A stretch of DNA of 64,000 nucleotides from Candidatus Methanomethylicia archaeon (GTDB taxonomy: Archaea; Thermoproteota; Methanomethylicia; Nezhaarchaeales; B40-G2): assembly GCA_029259155.1 (NCBI GenBank), contig JAPDJI010000025.1:1-64000 (forward strand), read 5' to 3'. Made by a program: the position numbers and the translations under genes. Below are positions 1-8,617 of this stretch, in pieces. The notes below the pieces were generated by a model, which was not told where the DNA came from, did not search any database, and was given only the letters and a program-made list of their open reading frames with translations. Each line of letters begins with the position of its first letter. The first letter of the stretch is position 1.

Positions 1-21
1 GCCTAGCTAGACGACGGGCCC
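1..21 (-). tRNA. 5' end of a tRNA, truncated by the window edge (tRNA-Val-like start)
   Basis: Reverse complement reads GGGCCCGTCGTCTAGCTAGGC, a typical archaeal tRNA acceptor stem plus D-arm start resembling crenarchaeal tRNA-Val. A TATA-like CTTATAG lies ~25 nt upstream. The anticodon is outside the window. Confidence 0.7.
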
Positions 22-105
22 ATTTTCGGAAGGGCTTAAGCCTCTATAAGAGCTTTTACGTCGATCTTCAACTCCTCAAAGATTAAATAAGCTCCTCTAT
101 GTTAG

Positions 106-345
106 GTGTATGGAGGAGCAGGTATCTTGGCTTTGAGCCGTGATAAATGTGTTTTATGTGGAAAAGAGGCTGTCAGGTCACTTGCAGCCCCTAAAGTGGC
201 TGAAGCCTTTGGTAGCCTTGGTAATCTTAAACTTCCTCTCAAAGGGAGAGTAGGCTTGTGCAAGGAACATTACAGGCTTTACAAGAAGAAGGTGAAGGCT
301 GAGAGGGAGACCAGCCTGGCGCGGATGAAGGATCTCTATAGTTGA
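106..345 (+). CDS. Small basic putative Zn-binding protein, coupled to polB1
   Basis: CVLC...LCKEHY motif, Lys-rich C-terminus, stop overlaps the polB ORF start. True start may be slightly downstream. Confidence 0.7.
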   Translation: MYGGAGILALSRDKCVLCGKEAVRSLAAPKVAEAFGSLGNLKLPLKGRVGLCKEHYRLYKKKVKAERETSLARMKDLYS

Positions 346-2951
346 GGTGTCAATCCTTGGGCGTGGAAGAGTACCTTGAGGAGGAGGCGATGTATTCAGA
401 GGAAGAGGAGCTCGAAGAGCTTGAAGGAATCATCGAGGAGACGGTGTTTGAGGCTGAGACGCCTAGGAATACTGATGTATGCTATGCTTTATCGGTATCG
501 TATAGCGGTAAGGCTGGCAAGGCCCTAGTTAAACTCTATGATCCTTCTAAGGGCTGTATTTACTTCTGGTACGACAATACAGGACATAAACCGTATTGCT
601 TAACCAACGTTCCTCTCGACGCCATCAAGAGGGCTCCTCGCATTGTTACCCACGAGGGCTTTGATCATGTAGAGGTTGTGGAGAAGTATGACCCGTTAAC
701 GGACTCCAAGGTTCCTATGACTAAAGTGGTAGCTAAAGACCCTCTCTCCATAGGCGGTAAGCCTCGTAAATCGCTGAGAGACCTGCTTCCAGCGTGCTGG
801 GAGGCTCATATTAAGTATCATAACTGCTACATCTACGATAGAGGCATTATACCTGGTATGCCCTATAGAGTAGTTGAAGGGGAGCTTAAACCTGTAGGTT
901 TAGACTTAGAAGGTGGTGAAGAGGTTAAAGCTCTCTTTAGTAATGAGGCTGAAGAAGTTAAAGAGGCTTTGAATCAATGGTTACCTCTTCTACTTTACCC
1001 AGCCCCTGACATCAGGAGGGTGGCTTTAGACATAGAGGTTTATTCTCCCATGCCTGATAGGGTTCCTGACCCCAGGGAAGCAGAGTACGAGGTGATATGT
1101 CTAGCCTTTTCGGGGTCTGATGGTTTAAGGAAAGTGCTTATGTTACGCCGTGAAGGTGTAGAGGAAGGTAAGGACTGGCCTGAAGGGGTGGAGATAGAGT
1201 TCTATGGAGATGAGAGGAAGATGCTGGCCGAGGCCTTTAAGCAGATATCGTCCTACCCTGTCCTGCTCACCTTTAACGGTGATGGCTTCGACCTTAGGTA
1301 TCTCTGTCACCGAGCACGTAGATTAGGCTTCCGTAAAGAAGAGATACCTATCTTGCTAACTAAGGACGCCGCACTTTTACCTGTAGGAGTACACGTTGAT
1401 CTGTACCGCTTCTTCCATAACAAGTCGGTGCAGGTTTATGCCTTCGGCAATAGATATAGGGAGGTCACCCTTGATGCCATAGCTGAAGCGCTTATAGGTT
1501 ACACAAAGATACCGTTATCTAAATCTGTCTCAGAGCTTTCATACAGTGAGCTTGCCTCCTACTGTTTCAGGGACGCGGACATTGTGCTCAAGTTAACCTC
1601 TTTCCAAGACGACCTATTGATGAAGCTTCTTCTACTATTCATGAGGCTCTCAAAGCTATCATTAGAAGACGTAAGCAGGCTTGGCATTTCAGGCTGGATT
1701 AAAAACATGTTATACTTTGAGCATCGCAGAAGAGGCTACCTCATACCTAGACCTGAGGACATTGTCGGAACTAAAGGGCAAGCTGTGACCAGAGCCTTAA
1801 TTAAAGGTAAGAAGTATCTAGGGGCTATCGTACTGGAGCCAAAGCCAGGCGTATACTTTAACGTGCTGGTCCTTGACTTCACTTCTCTATATCCAAGCAT
1901 CGTTAAAACTAGGAACCTTTCCTACGAGGTCATCAACTGTCCTCATGAAGAATGTAAATCCAACGTAATTCCAGGAACCTCGCACTGGGTTTGTTTAAAG
2001 CGTAGAGGCTTAACCTCCTTAGTAATAGGGCTTCTCCGTGATATTAGGGCCTACTGGTTTAAGCCCAAGTCTAAGGATAAATCTTTGCCACCTGGGATTA
2101 GGAGTTGGTATGGTGTGGTGGATAGGAGCCTCAAAGTTATTCTTAATGCCAGCTACGGTGTGATGGGTGCCGAATCGTTCCCATTATATTGTCCACCTGT
2201 GGCTGAAAGCACTACAGCAGTGGGGCGCTATATAATAACCAAGACCATAGAGAAGGCGCAGGAGCTAGGGATGAAGGTAATTTACGGCGACACCGATAGC
2301 ATCTTCGTCTATGAACCCAGCACAGACCAAGTTGAGAAGCTCGTCGACTGGTCTGAGGATGAACTCAAGATAGACCTGGATGTCGATAAGAAGTATAGGT
2401 ACGTAGCTTTTCCTAGTTTAAAGAAAAACTATGTCGGAGTGCTGGAGGATGGCACTGTGGATATCAAGGGGATGATCGGTAAGAAACGCAACACACCTGA
2501 CTTCCTCAAAGAAGCTTTCTCCGAAATGATCAAGCTCCTCAGCCATGTAGGTAGTCAAGGAGACTTCGAAGAAGCGAAAAAAGCAGTTAGGGACATAGTC
2601 CAGGAATGTTACTCGAAGCTTAAATCCAAGAAGTATTCGCTCGATGAGTTAGCCTTTAGGGTGATGCTATCTAAGCCCGTAAAGGGTTACGTTAAAACTA
2701 CGCCTCAACACGTTAAAGCCGCTAAACTATTGATGAGTCACGGTAGGGAGGTTAAAGCTGGAGATATCATAGCTTTCGTTAAGACGAAGGACTCCCTAAG
2801 CGTGAAGCCCATACAGCTGGCACGTATAGACGAGATTGACGTCGACAAGTATGTAGGGCACATCAGAACTACTTTTGAGCAGGTGCTCGAAGCGTTGGGC
2901 GTAAACTTCGATGAAGTGTTGGGTGTAAAGAAGCTTGAATGGTTCTTTTAA
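342..2951 (+). CDS. polB1: Family B DNA polymerase, PolB1 type
   Basis: Exo motifs DIEV and FNGDGFD, polymerase motifs DFTSLYPSI, KVILNASYG and YGDTDS, plus the PolB1-like N-terminal YFWYDNTGHKPYC and an acidic N-terminus. Confidence 0.95.
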   Translation: MRCQSLGVEEYLEEEAMYSEEEELEELEGIIEETVFEAETPRNTDVCYALSVSYSGKAGKALVKLYDPSKGCIYFWYDNTGHKPYCLTNVPLDAIKRAPRIVTHEGFDHVEVVEKYDPLTDSKVPMTKVVAKDPLSIGGKPRKSLRDLLPACWEAHIKYHNCYIYDRGIIPGMPYRVVEGELKPVGLDLEGGEEVKALFSNEAEEVKEALNQWLPLLLYPAPDIRRVALDIEVYSPMPDRVPDPREAEYEVICLAFSGSDGLRKVLMLRREGVEEGKDWPEGVEIEFYGDERKMLAEAFKQISSYPVLLTFNGDGFDLRYLCHRARRLGFRKEEIPILLTKDAALLPVGVHVDLYRFFHNKSVQVYAFGNRYREVTLDAIAEALIGYTKIPLSKSVSELSYSELASYCFRDADIVLKLTSFQDDLLMKLLLLFMRLSKLSLEDVSRLGISGWIKNMLYFEHRRRGYLIPRPEDIVGTKGQAVTRALIKGKKYLGAIVLEPKPGVYFNVLVLDFTSLYPSIVKTRNLSYEVINCPHEECKSNVIPGTSHWVCLKRRGLTSLVIGLLRDIRAYWFKPKSKDKSLPPGIRSWYGVVDRSLKVILNASYGVMGAESFPLYCPPVAESTTAVGRYIITKTIEKAQELGMKVIYGDTDSIFVYEPSTDQVEKLVDWSEDELKIDLDVDKKYRYVAFPSLKKNYVGVLEDGTVDIKGMIGKKRNTPDFLKEAFSEMIKLLSHVGSQGDFEEAKKAVRDIVQECYSKLKSKKYSLDELAFRVMLSKPVKGYVKTTPQHVKAAKLLMSHGREVKAGDIIAFVKTKDSLSVKPIQLARIDEIDVDKYVGHIRTTFEQVLEALGVNFDEVLGVKKLEWFF

Positions 2952-3361
2952 TCCTCCTCTCCCGTCATCTCAGCGGTGGCGTTGGAAGCTAACTCCTTGA
3001 TGTCTTCAGCTTGCTCCTCATTTACGTATGGAGCTACCACATAGACTTCTTTGTCTACGTAATCTTCTCCTCTCCATTCATTATTGAAGGAGATCACATA
3101 GATGGGTATACGTACTTCAGCTTCACTACCTGATAACCTCCTAAGATCATACTTTGAGTATTCTTCATACTGCTCCTTGGTTAAGGGTAGCTTAACCTGC
3201 ATGGTATACCTGTCGCGCATCACTATGAAATCTGAGGTCTCCATGTCCCAAAGCCTAAGCGCTTCCTCCACTACCTCCCTTACTTTTGTTTTCAATTCTC
3301 CCTCCGCTATGCTTACCTCTTCTAGTTTGCCTTGTTTAGAGCGGGCTACGATGATCTTCAA
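2948..3361 (-). CDS. Conserved archaeal hypothetical protein (DUF2286-like)
   Basis: 137 aa ORF with W..ETSDFIV and IPIYVISF.N.W patterns as recalled for this crenarchaeal family. Confidence 0.65.
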   Translation of the reverse strand: MKIIVARSKQGKLEEVSIAEGELKTKVREVVEEALRLWDMETSDFIVMRDRYTMQVKLPLTKEQYEEYSKYDLRRLSGSEAEVRIPIYVISFNNEWRGEDYVDKEVYVVAPYVNEEQAEDIKELASNATAEMTGEED

Positions 3362-3672
3362 CTGCCTTCCCTCACCGCTTCTACTATTGTTTTAACCGCC
3401 GCCTCCACATCAGGTTTACCATCAGGTGTTAGGGGTATCCTAGTCAACACGTGTTTGATGATGCCTCCTTCTAGCTCTACGAAGACTTGAGGTATGTCAA
3501 CTCCTCCATACTCGTCCTTAACACCATGCTGTGTGAGAAAGTCCCAGTCCTCTTTACGTTCCTCTAGTTCTATCCCTATCTCTTTAGAAGCTTCTTGGCA
3601 AGCTTTACGCGCTAAGGAGCTAGTTTTTTCCCAATCAGCCGAGACAAGTATGATTTTTAGGGCTTTAGTCAT
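3358..3672 (-). CDS. Thioredoxin/glutaredoxin-fold-like protein without CxxC
   Basis: GVKDEYGGVDIPQVF resembles the cis-Pro loop of the Trx fold. ATG at 3672 follows a GGAGGA SD. Confidence 0.6.
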   Translation of the reverse strand: MTKALKIILVSADWEKTSSLARKACQEASKEIGIELEERKEDWDFLTQHGVKDEYGGVDIPQVFVELEGGIIKHVLTRIPLTPDGKPDVEAAVKTIVEAVREGS

Positions 3673-3691
3673 GAAAGATCCTCCTACCAAT

Positions 3692-3753
3692 GACTCAAGT
3701 GTAGCGGCCTCTTCATTGGCCTCGCCTCAGCGCTATGTCCCTGCTTCATCGTC
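3692..3753 (-). ncRNA. C/D-box methylation guide sRNA
   Basis: GAC-GATGAA(C)-GCAGGGACATAGCG-CTGA(D')-GGCGAGGCC-AATGAA(C')-GAGGCCGCTACAC-TTGA(D)-GTC with a GAC/GTC terminal stem. TATA-like CTTAATA ~25 nt upstream. Guides are complementary to conserved 16S and tRNA sequences. Confidence 0.75.
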
Positions 3754-3832
3754 GACTAGTCTTTTACGAAAAGCTCCTATTAAGCTTTGGGTTAGTGATA
3801 AATCAAATATACCTGGCTGACCACCTATAGCT

Positions 3833-3893
3833 GGGCGATGAACGGAAGGAACCCGGGTTCTGATGGATGATGTACCTAGACCGGTGGGAGCCC
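3833..3893 (+). ncRNA. Possible second C/D-box sRNA, divergent from the first
   Basis: GGGC/GCCC terminal stem, C-like CGATGAA, D' CTGA (3860-3863), C'-like GGATGAT, but a degenerate D (GGGA). AT-rich TATA-like box near 3800-3811. Confidence 0.4.
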
Positions 3894-4394
3894 TTAGTTC
3901 GTTTGCTTCCAGCCAAAGGGGTTTATGCTCTCATAGTGATGATACCCTTAAGCTTGACCTTCAAGGCAGGGGGGCTTAAAGAAGTTTCACTTAGCGAGGG
4001 CTTGTATATCTACGTAGGTTCAGCTTTAGGTCAAGGTCTTCTTCCGCGTAGAGTAGCTAGACATCTTTCCTTCTTCAAGAAGCTTAGATGGCACGTTGAT
4101 TACCTCTTGACGTTAAGGTGCGTTAAGGTCGTTGGCGTAGTAGCCTCCTATGTTCATGAGAAACTCGAGTGTGATTTAGTGCGTAAACTTTTATTGAAGG
4201 GCTTCAAACCTACAGTTCGCGGTTTTGGATCGAGCGACTGCAGATGTTATTCCCATCTACTGCTCTCTCCTTCACAGGAGGTGAAGCCAACAACTCTTCT
4301 GGTCGAAGAAGCTATCAGGGAGTTAGGAGCTGAACCCATGAGCGTGTTTTTAGAGAATTTGAAGAAAACTCAGTATCTGAAGAGTTATGAATGA
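3867..4394 (+). CDS. GIY-YIG (DUF123) family nuclease
   Basis: KGVYAL...YIYVGSA, RVARH, WHVDYL, GFGSSDCRCYSHL. True start is probably the TTG near 3903. Confidence 0.85.
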   Translation: MMYLDRWEPLVRLLPAKGVYALIVMIPLSLTFKAGGLKEVSLSEGLYIYVGSALGQGLLPRRVARHLSFFKKLRWHVDYLLTLRCVKVVGVVASYVHEKLECDLVRKLLLKGFKPTVRGFGSSDCRCYSHLLLSPSQEVKPTTLLVEEAIRELGAEPMSVFLENLKKTQYLKSYE

Positions 4395-5132
4395 GACTAG
4401 GTCGCCTATGAATAAGGCCATCGCCAGGCCAATCATCATGTAGGCTAGTAACGGTAGAGCTGGAGCCACCCAAACCTCCCCGGTTAGTTCACTTTTCTTT
4501 TCTTCGCTTAACCCGAAGTCCTCCTTCTCGCTGCTAAAGAACAGTTTGAGCCTCCTTTTTTCTCCACGCATAGTCTCCATGATGAACACATGGCTTCTCT
4601 CAGAAAGCTTCGACGCATCGACCTTGAACCCTATGAATAAGGCTATTGCTTTTCTAGGGAATGTTTCCTCCTCTAGCCCTTGAAAGAGGGGTTTACCCCT
4701 AGCCTTGTAGAGGAGGTTTCTTAAAAGCACGTAGATAGCGGTGGAGGCAGCTAAAACTACTGTGTTACTGAATATGGAGAGCGAGAATATAGGCTGCTGT
4801 AGTCCCATTAGCGGCTGAGACATCCATGGATGAAGCTTAGGGTAGGCTGGTAGAGCTATTCCTAGGCACCATAAGGCTTCGGCGTCGGCTCCTCCAAACA
4901 GGCCTACGTAAAACGCCGCCAGCCCGATTATGAAGCAAAGTCCTAATGATAGGACTAGAAGAAGTAGAGGAAGCCGCCCCCACGCTACTTCCATGATGGT
5001 TATAGGAGCAGTAAAGGCAGCCATAATTACCCATACTTTATCACTAACCTCCCTTGTCTTGATGTCGCTCCACGAAGCATAACTAAGACATGCAACGCAG
5101 ATCAGCAGCTTTACTGTAGAGGTCCACTCCAT
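4350..5132 (-). CDS. Prepilin/pre-archaellin peptidase (A24, FlaK/PibD-like)
   Basis: Multi-TM protein with YASWSDIKTREV, GGAD and the C-terminal VWVAPALP motif. ATG 5132 preferred over 5189. Confidence 0.88.
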   Translation of the reverse strand: MEWTSTVKLLICVACLSYASWSDIKTREVSDKVWVIMAAFTAPITIMEVAWGRLPLLLLVLSLGLCFIIGLAAFYVGLFGGADAEALWCLGIALPAYPKLHPWMSQPLMGLQQPIFSLSIFSNTVVLAASTAIYVLLRNLLYKARGKPLFQGLEEETFPRKAIALFIGFKVDASKLSERSHVFIMETMRGEKRRLKLFFSSEKEDFGLSEEKKSELTGEVWVAPALPLLAYMMIGLAMALFIGDLVSFITLQILSFLQIL

Positions 5133-5207
5133 GAAGCTAGCACCGGCCCAAACACTTATACGAGAGGTGTTAGGAGCACCTAATAGCATTTCAGGTGGTG
5201 CAGTAGA

Positions 5208-5372
5208 GTGCCTGAGTTTAAGGGCTCTGGAAGGTTGATTAGATGTCCTAGGTGCGGCTTCACCTTCGATATCACTTATGCTAGGACTTTTGCTTGTAGA
5301 GGCTGTCCCTCTGCTGTTGGCGGCTGTGGCTATATGCGCTGTCCTTCATGTGGCTATGAGTGGCCGCTCTAG
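5208..5372 (+). CDS. 54-aa Cys-rich metal-binding microprotein (not in ORF track)
   Basis: GTG start after a GGTGGTG SD. Translates MPEFKGSGRLIRCPRCGFTFDITYARTFACRGCPSAVGGCGYMRCPSCGYEWPL. Fills the intergenic gap and its stop overlaps the convergent gene's stop. Confidence 0.8.
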   Translation: MPEFKGSGRLIRCPRCGFTFDITYARTFACRGCPSAVGGCGYMRCPSCGYEWPL

Positions 5373-6292
5373 CTCGCCTTAAGGATCTTAAGTCTCCTTT
5401 CTCCTTCCTCTCTCGTAATGGGAAAGTCTGGCCCCACGTGTTCAACCTTAATAGAGGCTATGGCTGAAGCGAAGAGCGCGGCTTCAAGCAGGTTTTTTCC
5501 ACGTATCCTGCTGTATATAAAGGCGCCAGCATAGACATCGCCAGCTCCTGTAGGATCTAAAGCCGCAGTCTTAAAGGCAGGTATCCTGTACAGCTTTCCT
5601 TCCCCGAGCACTATAGATCCCCTCTCAGCCATGGTTACTATACCTACTTTAGCTCCCCATTTGACCAACTCTTTTACAGCGTCTTCAGGCTCTAACCCTG
5701 TCATCACGGCGGCTTCGGCCTCGTTAGGCTTCACGTAGTCGCATAACTTAACAGCTTCTCGGAGAGCCTCTTCGTTGCGTACATGTTCTATCCTGCCGTG
5801 TTTACTAATCTTCCTCACTAAGCCTTGAGGATCTAAGAAGACTTCAGCTACTCCTCGTTTTTTAATTAGCTTTATGAGGTCCAAGTCCACCTCCTGGAGG
5901 ATGGGCCCTATCAAGACGAACCTTGCCTCAAGAAAGCTTAACGGTATGTCAGAGGGCTCTATCTTTCCAGCGATCCCTATCACATCAAGCACTCTATCTC
6001 TGAGGTTTGAGCTGTAAGTGAGTTTAAAGCCCCCTGTCTCTTTAGAAAGCTTTACGTAAAGCTTGTTGATCCCCAGCCTAGCTAGGTCTGAGAGTAGCTT
6101 GTGTTCATAATCTTTGCCTACGCAGCCTACTAAGGCTATATTGGTTAAGCCTAGTCTTCTAGCTGTTATAGCAGCATTAACGCTGCAGCCTGAAAGCACC
6201 CTTTCTCCAGTCTTAACATAGGGCGTCTCTATGATGTCATAGACTGGGTTTCCGATACATAACAAGTCGTACATACCGCGTTTTCCTCTCAA
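5369..6292 (-). CDS. PfkB/ribokinase-family carbohydrate kinase
   Basis: SGCSVNAA, KPNEAEA and the DPTGAGDVYAGAF anion-hole motif. Confidence 0.9.
   Translation of the reverse strand: MRGKRGMYDLLCIGNPVYDIIETPYVKTGERVLSGCSVNAAITARRLGLTNIALVGCVGKDYEHKLLSDLARLGINKLYVKLSKETGGFKLTYSSNLRDRVLDVIGIAGKIEPSDIPLSFLEARFVLIGPILQEVDLDLIKLIKKRGVAEVFLDPQGLVRKISKHGRIEHVRNEEALREAVKLCDYVKPNEAEAAVMTGLEPEDAVKELVKWGAKVGIVTMAERGSIVLGEGKLYRIPAFKTAALDPTGAGDVYAGAFIYSRIRGKNLLEAALFASAIASIKVEHVGPDFPITREEGERRLKILKAS
5529..5583. repeat. 55-bp perfect inverted repeat, copy 1 (copy 2 at 8385-8439)
   Basis: Reverse complement is identical to 8385-8439 (TACCTGCCTTTAAG...GATGTCTATGC). Confidence 0.9.
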
Positions 6293-6870
6293 GCATTGGT
6301 TATTCTCTGGGCGTGCTTAAGCCTTTGTATCACAGTCAGATGTGACAGTAACCCCACTAGGATGACAGCATAATTGAGGGCTTCAAGGATAACGAAGTTG
6401 AGCAAGGCCCCAACCATGATGATCAGGAATTTTTCCTGCCTCTCCATTAGCCCTACAGAACAGCATCCTTCACCCATGGCTGCTTCGGCTGCTGCACGAG
6501 TATAGCTGGCCATTATCATGCCGAAGAGAGCGAAGAGCCCCCAAAACCAGTTCACGAAGCCTCCAGCTATTAAGCCTAATAGCACAGCATACTCTACGTA
6601 TCTGTCTACCACCCTATCTAGGATACCTCCAAACTTGGTTGTTTTTCCTGAAGCCCTTGCTAAGGCTCCATCAAGCATGTCTATCAAGCCTACAGTTATC
6701 ATCAACACCAGGCCGTAGAGTAGGAAACCTTTGTAGAGAACATAACAACAAAACGCAGCAAGAGCTAAGCCGATTAAGGTTACCAGGTTAGGGGGTATAT
6801 TGAGCCTAGCTAATGCTTCTCCTAGGGGTTCAAGGGCTTTCTCGTAGCGCTGTCGAAGTCTTCCGAACAA
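6289..6870 (-). CDS. pgsA: CDP-alcohol phosphatidyltransferase (archaetidylinositol-phosphate synthase-like)
   Basis: PNLVT and the DMLDGALAR...GGILDRVVD signature. Confidence 0.88.
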   Translation of the reverse strand: MFGRLRQRYEKALEPLGEALARLNIPPNLVTLIGLALAAFCCYVLYKGFLLYGLVLMITVGLIDMLDGALARASGKTTKFGGILDRVVDRYVEYAVLLGLIAGGFVNWFWGLFALFGMIMASYTRAAAEAAMGEGCCSVGLMERQEKFLIIMVGALLNFVILEALNYAVILVGLLSHLTVIQRLKHAQRITNA

Positions 6871-7206
6871 CTATCCTTCCCCAAATAGCCTCCTCAACGT
6901 CTCTTTCAAAAACTCCTCAGCTCTCTTAAATAGTTCCTCGCCTTTCTTCGTAACACGGTAGTACTTCCTCCATAGAGAGCCTGGAAGCCCGCCTTTATAC
7001 TCGCTCTCCAAAAGTCCCTCTCTTTCCATTCGATAAAGAACAGTGTATATGGTTATTCTTGCTGGAGAGAAGCCGAACCTGGCTTCGAACTCCTTGGCTA
7101 CTTCATAGCCATACATAGGCCTCTCTAGTAGCATCTTTACAATGTATAGCCATAATACCTCTAGGGTTAGCTTCTTCGTGAGCCTTTCGTAAGCCATGCG
7201 GAGCAC
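6871..7206 (-). CDS. PadR-family transcriptional regulator
   Basis: PMYGYEV, IYTVLYRMEREGLL, RKYYRVTKKG. Confidence 0.9.
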   Translation of the reverse strand: MLRMAYERLTKKLTLEVLWLYIVKMLLERPMYGYEVAKEFEARFGFSPARITIYTVLYRMEREGLLESEYKGGLPGSLWRKYYRVTKKGEELFKRAEEFLKETLRRLFGEG

Positions 7207-7211
7207 CAGGG

Positions 7212-7496
7212 CTAGCGGCGAGCCGACGTCCTACGCTCTTCCCTAGCCCTAACTTTCCTTACTCCTTGATAAACAGCGCAGCTTACACAGAGGGTTTTAG
7301 TTACATAGCTTCTGGCTATAATGGCTCCTTTCTTCTCGAGTTCTTTTCTAAGCTGAGGGTCAACGATGCTTACAGGCCTTGTTATCCTTATTGCCTTGCC
7401 CCTGGGGATAGGCCTTCCACAGCCGTCGCAGTAAAGTATAGAGTCCCTCCCCTTGGCTCCTTTACTCCTACCTCGACTCTTACGTTTCTTAGGCAC
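7212..7496 (-). CDS. rps26e: 30S ribosomal protein S26e
   Basis: MPKKRKSRGRSKG, CDGCGR.IPR.KAI, CVSCAV...KVR. Confidence 0.95.
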   Translation of the reverse strand: MPKKRKSRGRSKGAKGRDSILYCDGCGRPIPRGKAIRITRPVSIVDPQLRKELEKKGAIIARSYVTKTLCVSCAVYQGVRKVRAREERRTSARR

Positions 7497-7681
7497 TTAT
7501 ACCGCCTTCCACGGTCTCTACGCGTAAAAGGATCTCCCTCATTTTATCCTTTACTCATCCATAACCTTTGATCTAAAAAGCTTTAGCTTTGAGGCACCGT
7601 TTCATCAAGCTTGAGTTGTCTCTACCTAAACTTCCTTGGAAGGCCTGTTAGGTCTTAATAGCTTATTTGTAGAGTAATAAA

Positions 7682-8617
7682 ATGCCCTTACGGGAGGGTT
7701 TCTCCATAGCACGCTTTGACGTGGAAGTGGTTGGACATTTAACCCTTGACTACATTAAGACGCCACGAAGCACTGTTAATGAGGTCTTGGGGGGCACTCC
7801 AACATATGTAGGTTTTTCTTTAAGTCGGCTAGGCTTTAAGGTGGGCGTGATATCAACTATTGGACATGACTTTAGCGAGCCCCACGTCCTCTGCTTAGCT
7901 AAAGACATGGAGCTATCGAAGGTTAAAAGGAGCTTTAAACCTACTACTAGGTTCCAGATCAGTTATTTTGATCATGGTAGAGAGCTTAGGCTTCTCGCTC
8001 TTTGTGAACCTATAGATGAAAGTACTTTAACGTCCTTGAATGAGGCTGAGGCTATTTTCATAGGCACTGTGGCGGGAGAAGTGGATTTAAAGACTCTTGA
8101 GAAGGTGAGTTGCCTTGACTTATACAAGACGCTTAGCCTACAGGGTTTTCTTAGGAGCTTTAGACCTAATGGATACGTGGAGCTGAGGACTGAAGATAGG
8201 CTCCTCCCCCTCCTAGGTAGGTTTAACTTAATTTGTGGTTCAAGCGAAGAAATGATGATAGAGCTGGGTGCTAGTAACCTGAAGCAAGCTCTTTCCAGAG
8301 CTTTAAAGTTAGGTGGAGGCGTGGCGGTTGCTACCATGGGTCATGAAGGATCCATGGTAGCCTACCAAGGGGGTTTCCTAAGAGTACCTGCCTTTAAGAC
8401 TGCGGCTTTAGATCCTACAGGAGCTGGCGATGTCTATGCCGGTGTATTAGCCAATTACTTGAGTAGAGGTGAAGATATTAAGTGGGCAGCTTGCGTAGCT
8501 GCCTCGGCTGCCTCCTTCGTAGTGGAAGGATTAGGTCCTTCAAGGTTTGGCTCTAAGCGTGAGGTAGAGGTGCGCGCTTCAGCTATGCTTGAGAAGGTTG
8601 TTTTTCAGCCGTTTTAG
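7682..8617 (+). CDS. PfkB/ribokinase-family carbohydrate kinase (second paralogue)
   Basis: VGHLTLD, LGGTPTY, DPTGAGDVYAG. Confidence 0.88.
   Translation: MPLREGFSIARFDVEVVGHLTLDYIKTPRSTVNEVLGGTPTYVGFSLSRLGFKVGVISTIGHDFSEPHVLCLAKDMELSKVKRSFKPTTRFQISYFDHGRELRLLALCEPIDESTLTSLNEAEAIFIGTVAGEVDLKTLEKVSCLDLYKTLSLQGFLRSFRPNGYVELRTEDRLLPLLGRFNLICGSSEEMMIELGASNLKQALSRALKLGGGVAVATMGHEGSMVAYQGGFLRVPAFKTAALDPTGAGDVYAGVLANYLSRGEDIKWAACVAASAASFVVEGLGPSRFGSKREVEVRASAMLEKVVFQPF
8385..8439. repeat. 55-bp perfect inverted repeat, copy 2
   Basis: Identical to the reverse complement of 5529-5583. Confidence 0.9.
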
